In this document: positions 1 through 10,800 of the stretch, in pieces | Position numbering within the stretch: the stretch's first letter is position 1 | Layout of the letters: each line of letters begins with the position of its first letter | Origin: Monocercomonoides exilis PA203 | Lineage: Eukaryota > Protista > Preaxostyla | Assembly (NCBI GenBank): GCA_001643675.2 | Contig: LSRY02000053.1 | Coordinates: forward strand, 186,001-250,000 | Reading direction: 5' to 3' | Length of the DNA: 64,000 nt | The notes under the pieces: generated by a model | What the model was told of the DNA's origin: nothing | Seen by the model: only the letters and a program-made list of their open reading frames with translations | The model's database searches: none | Program-made: the position numbers and the translations under genes

Positions 1-589
1 AAGCTGATAGCTTATAAGTGTTATTTGGACCATCCAAATGCCAATGTTCCCAAAGGCCTCACGTCCACAATCCGCATAAGTTCGAATAAGATGTGATCCT
101 TTGTATATCTTTTTCATTCAATAGAAAAAAAGTGCATCATCGAAAAACTATATCCTTTCAATTATCAATTATACAAAAAGAATACCTTTGAAGCAACAAG
201 ATCCATCATACAAAAACCAGCAACCAATGAGGCAAGTGGGAAAGCGATCAATGAAAGTACCCATCCACCTTTTGAAAAACCATATGGTAATCCTTTTTTT
301 TAAAAATAATAAAAATATAAATTCAATTATTTTCAGCCAAACAAATAAAAAATATAATAATTATTTCTTTTAAAAAATAATCTCAATCATTACCAAGAAT
401 TCCCGAGCCAACGAAAGATTTAAAAGTGTTCATTATCACCTCAGGAACATTTGCAAGTTTGTCAATTTTAACATCTACAAGTGAGCTTAGTGATGCTGTT
501 GAATGAATCCTTGTCGCTTCATCATTGATAATATGCCTGCTTGCTCTGCGAAGCAATGGCTCTTCTTCTTTTTCATGATCATCGGACAT
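1..589 (-). CDS. Amino acid transporter, Aa_trans/AAAP (SLC36/AVT3-like) family; 5' part only. Exons 589-394, 292-186, 108-<1
   Basis: Removing two GT-AG introns (393-293, 185-109) gives NTFKSFVGSGILG-LPYGFSKGGW...DLVASK-IYKGSHLIRTYADCGREAFGNIGIWMVQITLISYQL. This has the GxGILxLPY and TYxDxGxxAFG motifs of the family and stays open to the window edge. Confidence 0.88.
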
Positions 590-718
590 TTTATTTTTTT
601 CTGATGAATTATAGAAATTCTGATCCTAGTCACATAATAAATTATTATTTTTTACAAAAATTGTTTGCCAGCTTTGTTTTATTCACAAAAAATTACTGAT
701 GTTTTAAAAAATTAGTCA

Positions 719-1768
719 ATGCTTTTAGATAATGCTCCTCTTGGACGATATCGCATCGTGGTTAATGCAAATGAATGGAAAGAAACGGATAATGATGAAT
801 TTGAAAGAGCTATAGCTCTTGTTGGGGAAGAGGAGCAGGAACGAATTCGAAAATTCAAATTCATAAAAGATGCAAAAACTGCTTTGATAGGAAGGCTTAT
901 TCTCAATGCAATGGCAGTGAAAACATTGGGTATTCGAAATGCTTCTCTTAAATGGAAAAGAACAGATAAAGGAAAACCATTTATTGATCCTGCGTGCGTT
1001 GATGGCATTTCTACAGCAAATCATTATTCAAACTTTTCGTATAACATTTCCCATAGCGGTCATTGGGTTGTTGGTGCTTCTGAACTTGAGTTTCCGATTG
1101 GAATCGATGTTAATGATCACGGCTTAAGACCTAATTGCAAAATTGATTTTGATGAATTTGACGATGTTACTGCAGAAGAAAATTTTGAAATACTGAAATC
1201 TTATTTTTCAACATTTAAACATATATTTTCTCCTCCCGAGGCAAAACACATGGAAAGCTTACGTTTCAAATCAGGACCTGTTAGACTATTAGAATTTTCT
1301 CGTTTCTGGACATCAAAGGAAAGCTTTGTTAAAGTGAGTGGACTTGGCTTCAACTTTGACGTTGCAAGATTACATTTTGATTTTAGCGAATATCATCAAT
1401 CTGACATACCAAAAATGCCAACTAGTGTTATGGCAGCACCTATTAAAGTTAGTGTTGATGGAAAAGATGTTTCAAGTGAATGGATGTTTGAGCAATTTAT
1501 TCTTGATCGCTATCATATTGTGAATGTTGCTATTCGTACCAATCCAGAATCTTTATCAAATTCCTCTGTGTATTCAAGTTCATCATCAACTCCATCTTCT
1601 TCAACTTCTGCTGAGCATATTCTGTCTTCTGGTGAAAAAGTTGAAAGCGAGATCATTCATGCTTCTTTGGACTCCAAGGTTTATAAGGAAAAAATAGAAC
1701 ATCTTCATCCTCTGCCATTGCTATTATTAAAACCAGCTGATATCATTAAATATTTGGAGGAAAACTGA
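719..1768 (+). CDS. 4'-phosphopantetheinyl transferase, Sfp/AASDHPPT (Lys5) type
   Basis: 349-aa intronless ORF with the motifs GKP, NISHSG, IGIDV and FWTSKESFVKxxGxG (WxxKE). Confidence 0.9.
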   Translation: MLLDNAPLGRYRIVVNANEWKETDNDEFERAIALVGEEEQERIRKFKFIKDAKTALIGRLILNAMAVKTLGIRNASLKWKRTDKGKPFIDPACVDGISTANHYSNFSYNISHSGHWVVGASELEFPIGIDVNDHGLRPNCKIDFDEFDDVTAEENFEILKSYFSTFKHIFSPPEAKHMESLRFKSGPVRLLEFSRFWTSKESFVKVSGLGFNFDVARLHFDFSEYHQSDIPKMPTSVMAAPIKVSVDGKDVSSEWMFEQFILDRYHIVNVAIRTNPESLSNSSVYSSSSSTPSSSTSAEHILSSGEKVESEIIHASLDSKVYKEKIEHLHPLPLLLLKPADIIKYLEEN

Positions 1769-2645
1769 TGAATTGAAATATTCGAAAGTTGTTGAGCTCA
1801 ACGCGCCTTTGTGAGATAATCTCGAACGATAACAGTAAGGTACTGTATTTTGAAATTTTAATAAATTTTTAGAAATGTGACTTTATTTCAATGATTTCCT
1901 TGAATTATTAGAATTGAATATTTATTCAAAGAGTATTAAATGCTCCTCATTATTTTGACTGCTTATTTTAAACAAGTTGAAAACTGTATCTTTTTTCGAA
2001 TAAGATTATTTATTAAGCAATTAGATGGAATTACACTTTTTTGAAAGAAGTTTGCCTTAAAAGCAATACAACAATTGCAAAAAAAAGAAATAATAGCATT
2101 ACAATTGAAAGTACATGTGAAGAACGGATGGACAGAATTGATGAAAAAATGAAGAAAGAAAAAATTTTTTGGTAAAAGTGGAATCAATCTACACCTATTT
2201 TGATCGCACCCATTATATTAATAATATTATTATTTCTTTTCTTTAACAAGCTCTGATTTGAAGATTTTATAGTGTTAAACGACATACTGTTTTCGCATTT
2301 TATTTGCTAGGGTTAAGAAAAGGTAAAAAAAGTTAGGGTTTTCCAAGAAAATCCAATTGTTTTTGCAAATTAATGAAAAGAAAAAAGATTATTTTCAATA
2401 TTTGAATATAGTTATTTTTCTAAATAAATTAGAATATATTAAATATTTATCATTTAATATGTTGGAAAATGATTATATGCGTTTATTTTTGGGTGTTGGT
2501 TGTATTCACTTTTACCAATTTTTTTTAACTTTATTATCTATAAATGTTGAAAGAATCTATTTTTCTTTAAAAAATAGGGTCAACGGACTTATTACAAAGT
2601 TGTCATGAATTTCAATTTCAAGTTTTTTTTATCACTTCAATTATT

Positions 2646-2647
<2 letters not shown>

Positions 2648-2677
<30 letters not shown>
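2648..2677. repeat. Poly(T) tract, ~30 nt
   Basis: Read directly from the sequence. Confidence 0.95.
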
Positions 2678-2678
<1 letters not shown>

Positions 2679-2724
2679 TAAATCCAAATTATTGAACAAT
2701 AATTATTCCCAAAAAAGTGAATAA

Positions 2725-5539
2725 TAGTTAGGGAAAAAACCCGCACAAAATTCGAAACTCGTGCACATGGGTTCTAAAAATGGAAATGTCTTTATGGATG
2801 ACAAATATGTATTTCAAATCGCTCAATTTTTTTCTTATTAAGAATATTTTTACAGTTTTATAAACATATTCTTTTTTTAAAGGGTTTCATCCCTTAATAA
2901 TTCAAATGGAACAGAAACAGTTTTTTTAAAGAATAATTTTTTGAGTGTTCAGTTATCGAAAGACTTCTTTTCCAAAAGTGTTTATTTGATTGCTCTTAGA
3001 TTTCTTATTCACTCTATTGTTGTTTATTAAACACTTTATTAATGTGTTTCTGAAACGTTTTAAATATTTCATTAGAACTTCATATTTAACCGCAACATTT
3101 CGTGAATGAAAAAAAGAAAATATTGAAACAAAAGCAAATACAAGCCATATGATTTCATATTTGGATTGTCTTTTTGAAACATTTTTTCTTTTAAACATAA
3201 AGAATTTGAAATTTGAAACTTCGTTTTCTGCTTGTTAAAATATGGAAATCCTATTCTTTGGAAGTTTTCATTTGATATATTTTTCAATTGTGTTCAGCTT
3301 ATCTTTTCAAAAAATAATGAAATAATATATATTACAAATAAGAACAAAATGATAGAAATAAAAAAATGATTTCTATAGAAAGGAAGTTTGTTTTCAATTA
3401 TCTTTTTGCAACAATTCAATAGTTTTGCTTATTCAATAAACAACTCTTTCCCACTCATTTGAAATTAATTGTCAATAAATTGCATTGGTGGAATGCCTGA
3501 TAATCGATACTGATTTTCTTGTTGAAATAAATGATTCCATCAAATATATGGAATTAAATATATCATCTTTTTTCGTTGGAAATGATATCATGTTCCTTCA
3601 TTTTTTCGAAATATTTTTCAATATTCAGTTTTGTTGTTTAGGTTATAATGTTTCCAGTTATCGATGCACCTACTCAAAGTTGTCAACAGAAAAAAAAGAA
3701 TATGCTCAACTGCAATTTTGATTTTGGAAATTGCTGTTTTTATCGTTTGATATCATAAAATTATTCAATGAAGATAATGTTGTTTTGCTGAGCTTTCATT
3801 TGGAAAATTCATATTTTCACTGAGAAAACAACAAATGCCACCTCATTTGACATTGCTTTTGCATTCTTCCATATATCACTTTGAAAAGTTAAAATAAATT
3901 ATGATCTATTTAACATGAGTCGTTTCACTGGTTTTGATTGATGAATAGTTTGTGAAGAATTCTGATGGAACAGATATCTATTTTGCTTCCGTTATTCAAA
4001 TTGATCCTAAATTTTTAAATATTATTTTATCATTTTTTGGTTCAATTGATGAAATGTTTGTTTTTCAAGTCCCTCCTTTTCGCTATCAGCACTCGCTTCT
4101 GCAGCATAATTGAGTTTCTCTGATTCAAAATATGTATCTGTTCAGTCATCTCGTGCAACTTGCATTTGTGTGAATAATTGTTAGGAAATTGTTGATAAAA
4201 TTTTCAATCCAGCATTCTGTCATTGTAATTCAGAAATTTGTTGTTGTTGGCCACATATGACTTGCTCCAAGAACAGTTCCGCCCATTCTTTTCACTCTTC
4301 ACTTGCTCATTGATGATCCTTGGATGATATAATAACGCATTCAAATTTCATCTCCTCCACTTTTACCAATAGAGAAATTGCTTTCTACAAGTCCATAAAC
4401 GTTCAGTGATGAAGATTCTACAAATAGAGCAAATGAATTCATCAAAAAAGCTTAAAAAATTCACAAAAACCTTCAAAATCGCAAAAGTGTCCAATGCACT
4501 CGTTTTTCACAAGCTGACATGTAAACATACTGCAAACAGAATAGGCGCAATTTTCGTATTACTCTTTCATTCGTATCTATTAGCATTATATTGGTTCGTT
4601 CTTTTCTCCAATCAAAAAAATCCTATTTATAACTTGAGGAAATTTGACATTCTGCATCACATGATAGAATTATTCATTTACATTCTGCTTAGGAGTATTA
4701 TTGATACAGTTTATTTCAAGAATTCAAAATAAAAAAAATTAAATAAATTAGAATTTTGAATATAATGAACAAAATCAAACTTAACAAATAATTATCTTTT
4801 GATTAAACAAACTCATTTAAAGGATATGGATGTTCACAAATACCCAGCATTATGGCATAAATTAGAAAAGTTTGTTTCCACATTTTTTATCAATTTCTAT
4901 TTTAATTGTGGGAAATGAAACCATAAAATATATTTTACACTTTTTTGTTTTTTGGATTTATTATCTCATTCGAAAACAGAGAAATCTGCATTCAATTGAG
5001 AATATATCGGTTTGTTTTAATTATGTTTTGCATACAGTATCATTTATTACAAATTTTTAATTGTATTTATACAGGATCAACATTGTTTTTGTTCAACTGG
5101 TTTTTTATCAATATTATCTGTAATGTTTTTGAACTTTTTCCATATTTTCGAATCCTAATTGAATAATGATTTTGATTCAGTTGTGATCATTGTTTTATAT
5201 CAACTCTAATTGCCATATTTTCACATCAAAACATGATTTTTAAATAGTAATAATAAAACAAAGAAATGAGATAAATAAATAATATTTAGAGCTTTGTTTA
5301 ATTATATTTAATATCAAATCCAACTCAAACAGTTTTCATGAAATATCAATTTGAAAATTGAAAATCGTTCGATCGATTTTTCCATTTCAGAACAATTTTT
5401 TATTAAAATGGTGAAAATCACCTTTATACACAAAGTTTATTCACGAATTGACACAGTTTCATATTTTCATAATTGACAAAGAATTTTTTGAACTATTGTG
5501 CAGAGGTTTTTTCCCCAAAGTGGGTTTTTTCCCTAACTA
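2725..5539. mobile_element. Putative degenerate DNA transposon with terminal inverted repeats
   Basis: ATAGTTAGGGAAAAAACCC (2724-2742) is the exact reverse complement of 5522-5540. Imperfect inverted similarity continues for ~80 bp. TAA flanks both ends (2722-2724, 5540-5542). No intact internal ORF. Confidence 0.65.
3420..4450 (-). pseudogene. Decayed coding-like relic inside the TIR element, product unknown
   Basis: Less AT-rich than its flanks. Protein-like stretches in shifting minus frames (e.g. KEWAELFLEQVICGQQQQISELQ*QNAGLKILSTIS*QLFTQMQVARDD*) are broken by stops. Confidence 0.35.
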
Positions 5540-6010
5540 TAACAAATTGATAATTTATGTTTTATGATATCATTTTAGAAAGAGAACATTTAACATCCAA
5601 CAACAATCAGCAAACCAAGCGAAATAGAATAAAACAATAAAAAAAGAAAACACTTTATTACCATTTTCTCAAACTTTTTGAGACAATGAAAATGGCATAT
5701 GTCTAAATATTTTTGAAAAGTTCCTTTTGTTTCGTTTTCAGGTGAAAATGAAATTTTATTTTTTTTATTAAAATTTTATTCCAACTCATCAACTTTCACC
5801 AGTGTGAAAATTTTCTCATTGTCAAGATTTTGTTTTCATGACAGCGAAATTAGGTGAGCAGGAGAAGAAAATTGATGAAAATCTGAAATTTTTATTTTAT
5901 TTGAAAATCAAACAAAAAGAACTTTTCAAAAAAATTCAGACATATTTTTTTTTTGGAAAATTCATTTTGTTAAATTTTCAAATTGGAGTAAAATTTCATA
6001 TTTTGATTAA

Positions 6011-6290
6011 ATGGGGAAAAATATGGGCTATCAAGCTTTTTATGCACAAAGCATGAAAATATTGTTTCACCAATAGCATTATTAAACTTTACCAGATTAC
6101 AAAATAATTTTGATTTTCATATCTGAAAACAAACATCATGGTTATGAACACAAAATGTTTTGTGACTTCACATGTATTTCAAAAAACAAACCAATTTTTT
6201 TCAAATTTTTTGATCTCAAAAAGTTCATCTCAGATGTTTAATTTTTCAATGAAAAAGCCTGAAGTCAAATATTTCGCCACAAATGTTTTG
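6011..6290 (+). repeat. Dispersed non-coding repeat, copy 1 (copy 2 at 45341-45610, opposite strand)
   Basis: Collinear blocks TCAAGCTTTTTATGCACAAAGCAT, CAGATTACAAAATAATTTTGATTTTCATAT and TAATTTTTCAATGAAAAAGCCTGAAG match the reverse complement of 45341-45610 with scattered mismatches. Confidence 0.8.
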
Positions 6291-6413
6291 TGGAACAAAA
6301 TACAGAAAGCAGATTATTCTGTTTCAGGAAACCAATATCTTCAAATTTTCATATTGATGAAAATTCGAGATAAACAAAAGTCAATGAACAACACATATAA
6401 TGGATCAAACTAT

Positions 6414-6415
<2 letters not shown>

Positions 6416-6477
<62 letters not shown>
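6416..6477. repeat. (TC)n microsatellite followed by poly(T)
   Basis: Read directly from the sequence. Confidence 0.95.
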
Positions 6478-7838
6478 CTTTGTCCAAAAATTTTCTGCAA
6501 AAATTTGTCAGAAAAATAAAAATTATTTTTTGGAATTACTCACAACATAATGAAATTTTGAAATGGATTTTCCATTAACATTACCCACTTTTTTCTTTCT
6601 TTGTTTTTTTAATTTAAAAAGGACAAGATGGGTGATTGTTTCTGAAATCATAACTTTTTTCGGGGAATTGTTTTTTGAAAGGAAATTCGTTAATTTCGAA
6701 ATTATGTTCTTTAAGATAATAAATGTTTCAGAATAATAACACTAGTTAAAGTTTGATATGAATATGAAAGCAGATATGAAATACAACAGTGTTTTCACAT
6801 TGAAGTGTTCATTGAAAAATATTGGTAACGCATATTCAAACAGAAAATTTTGACAGGAAAAATATGATTTCAATAATTATTACCCAGATAAATAAAACTT
6901 CTTTTTTAATAGCTAATCCTTTTTGAAATCAGACTTTTGTTCGAGTTCAAATTAATCACTTTTTCTTTACAATAATTATGAAACAATTGTGGAAAAGTGA
7001 AGAAATACTATTTGTCAAATTGTCCATTGAGAAAAAAAGATTAAAACTCAAACAAGATTGAATTCAGTAAAAGAATTACAAAATGCTAAAGAGAAAGATC
7101 AATCAGTTTCACTAATTTATAATAAGAGTTTCATTCATTTCACTTATAGAACATAATCAAAAAGTGTTTCATTAAATTCTTCAATTTCAAAAATATTTAT
7201 TGTTAACAACGTAAAATTTCAAACTCAGAAGATACAAATTTTAATGATTAAAAATTAATGATGTTAGAAAAACAATAATTGTAAACTACATCAAAGAAAT
7301 AGTGTTCAAACGAAAAATGCAGCATTCTGGAATTGCACGCATGAATGGAAAAACAGAACAAAAAAAGAAATAATAAGAGGCAATTCTCGCAAAGTGGTGT
7401 TTCAAACAGGTGATGATATATAAAACAAAAAAGAAAAATCTTGTAAAACAATGACTGATGAAATAAAAATGCTCAAGTGTGCTCAAAAGCACAATCAACT
7501 GAAAATTAATAAAGTTGAATACACAGAACAAATTATGATACATTATAATTGATTTGTAATAACAGAAAACGTGAAATGCAAATGCATGAATGAATCAAAA
7601 AAGCAATAAAAAGATACAAACATTTGAATTACAAGTATTGGCGATACTCAAACCACGCACAATACATTTTCAATTACTGACTAACTCATTTTATCAATTT
7701 CCAAAAAATACTCTATCAGCCAGAACAACCCTTTAATTTCAATCCTTATTTCCTCATTTTACAGCACCTTATCAAACTCTTCTTCTGATCATCCTCATTC
7801 TCTTTCCATCACTGACCTTCCATTTTCACCCCACCGCT

Positions 7839-10800
7839 TTATGTTGCAAAGTCGATTGCATCTGACATTGTCAAAACCACTGCCTCTTTCGGGAAGTGCT
7901 GAATAAACACTCTCTTCAGTTCAACAATGCTCAGCCTAGCTTCACTTTCGCCTGCCCAGCACCCCTCCGCTGTTTCTGCAAGATCCGATTCCTTCACAGC
8001 GTCCACATTTGGCCTTTCTCCATTGACTATTTTCTGTCCTGCTGTCTCAGCCTCGTATTCTTCAAATGGGATCTGAAGCGTTAAGCATTCCCACAGCATC
8101 ATCCCAATCGAGAACACCACAGACTCCTTTGTTGCATCCATCTTCTTGTTCATCAGCAGCTCCGGCGCCTTCCATCGCATGCATTCCTTCCTGTTGTCTT
8201 CATCATCCTCAAACGCTGATGACGGCAGAGAATCTCTGTCGTCGTCGTCATCATCATCAGCACTTGCAGATGTCACAACCGTTGATGAAGAGACGGATGA
8301 AGTGTCAGAGTCTGAGGAACAATCAGAGTGCAATGCAATGCAGATGACCATGTGCTCCGAAAACAGCACAATGTGCGGACTCAGATTGATAAGTGATTGG
8401 AGTGGGTTTTCCATTTCGTCAAACGAGTGGAGTGCCAAATTGACCACCCAGAACAGGATCTGAGCAGCCGAGACTTCCCGCTCCTGAAGAGTGCCAATCG
8501 CCATCTCTTTCTTCGCATTCCTTCCGTGCAGCAGCATGAACAATGAATCCCTCAAATCCACGATCAGCTTCTCATGAGGAGACGAACAGGCCATGGCATC
8601 CACCAGATTCGACATCGATGAGGTTGTTGGACACAAATCTTCTCCGCATATAAAAGAAGAATCTGTATCTGTCGTTGAAGTCGACGAGATGGATGAAATG
8701 GATGGTGAAGGTGTTCTTTTCCTTGTCTCTTCTTCTTCAACCTTTTCCAATGCCCAATCAGGAATCTTATCTGAATCGCGCCCAAGAATGTATTCAGTCG
8801 ATCCACTTTCACTCAGCAAATGCTCTGATGACTCTGAATGTTCCATGTTCGTCTCATATATTCTCTTCTTCATCCTCTCATCATTTTTCTTTTCAGCTTC
8901 CCTCTCTGCTCTTCTCCACTGCTCCTCAGGTGACATCTCCATCGTCACCATTTCAAATGCCTTCGGATCCTTTCTGATGTTATCGTTCGCAATCTCTCTC
9001 AGATCTTCCGCTTCATTCTTTGCCTCCTTCCATCGAACCGCCAGAACAACTGCAACAATAAGAACAATCAAAAACAAAACAACAAATATTATCGCAATTA
9101 TTGCAGCCCAAGATGATCTTCCTTCTTTTCCTCCCTCAACAAGATTTCCTTCTCCATTTGGCTCAGAATTGCTTCTGTTCTTCAGAATAAATGAATCAGT
9201 GGCTGATGGCAAATCAGCTTTTCCAAATAAAATGCACGCCCTCACTTCTGCTTCACTTGCCACCCCTTCAAATGTCTTGACAGGAACAGACCCATGCACC
9301 TCTTCCTCTGATATGAAATCACTTTCATCAAACAAATATTTCTCAACCACCTCTTCATCTCCAATAGCAATAACTGTCTTGAATGACAGGTTACAAGGAA
9401 GGAGAATCGATCCTCTGAACACAAGATTTACCTTCTCCCCTGACTTTTCTGATGACACACTCTCCACCTTCGGGATGAAAAGTGGAGATGCTCTTTCTTT
9501 TGCTATTCCTTCCAGTGTGCATCCTTCTTCCAATATCCATAGCGAGGTGTTGTCTTTCACTCCATCTCCTCCCTTCAAACTCTCAACCTTCAATTTTGCT
9601 GAGTTTTCGCACAAAACATTCCGCCTTGCCGATCCATAATTCGCTATTGATGGATTATTATTCTCAAATCTCCCGTCATATATCTCCACACTTCCACCTG
9701 ATAAGGAAAGCCCTCCATTTTCTGAATTTGTCAGCGTCGAATCCTTCATTAACCCGGAACAATTTTGAAGATCAATCATCGACCCATTCCACCGACACAG
9801 CTCTTCTAATGATTCTTTGTTGGATCTCAACTCTTGCGTGCTTGCTGCTCCATCAAATGCACACAAAGATAAGCAAACATCCGATAAATCTGTCAGAGCA
9901 GCAATTCTTCCCTTTTCTGAGGACGAGATGCATTTTTGGTTGGTGTAGTTCTCCAATTCTACCAATAAAGACGAAGATAAAGCCGAAGAAGAAGCGGCCA
10001 AACAGCACGGGCCAAACGAATTTCTGGTTATGTTTTGAAATGAAGACTGCTTTAACCTGAATTCTGAGTCATTTGATTTCACGTTCACTGCACATCCTTC
10101 CATAAGCATCGCGTTGGAAATGGCCAAGAAATTCATTTCGACATTTGCCTCTTCGCATTCTACAGAAAGCAAAGATTCCTTTGAAACGTGTGTATCGTCG
10201 AATTCCAGGTTGCTGCACCTGATGTTTGAATGGCCTCCTGAACCATCTGAGGAAAGCACAATCATGTTTGATCCGCACTGAATGCCTCTCATCTGAATGT
10301 TCTGTTGAAGGGAGTCTTTGCAGTTCCGAAGGATGAGAGCGGATCGATCAAACATGCAGCTGGAAACAAGCAATTGCTGCATGGACAGGTTTGCCAGATT
10401 GCGAAAATCAAATAGATTTCCAGAATTCACATCAGAAATGTTCAGTTCCATTAACAAGCAATATTGTCCGCCTCTTGCTACCACGCACGAAGAACTGAGA
10501 CGAAGGCAAGTAAAAGTGCACCCGTTAATCGATAGCCTGCCATTCTCCACGAGAATGATGGAGCAGTTCAATTTCATTTCAGAGTTTCCAGTCGAATCTT
10601 CTTGGGTAAATGCTGCGTCTGAAATAGACAAGTTGCCATCAGTCAGCGATAACAAGCTGGAATGCGAAGAAAAAAAAGCGCTTCCAAACAAAAATGTTAG
10701 AAATTCCATTTTCACATTCGACGAGCACGTAACAAGACTGTCTGTATTGCTCTCGACGGAGCAGTTCAGGAGGAGCACCCCTTTGTCGCTTTCCTGCTCC

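Noticed and set aside
2300-2345. TAGGGTT/TTAGGG hexamers as interstitial telomere
   Set aside because: Isolated units with no tandem array; at most a remnant of a related TIR.
4080-4440. Merlin/IS1595 transposase identity (TIIHTN resembling TIIHTD) or TGA-recoding of the relic frame
   Set aside because: Only one weak motif and no 8-9-bp TSD. TGA is the normal stop of most genes here, and off-frame TGA is expected from Asp/Glu codons.
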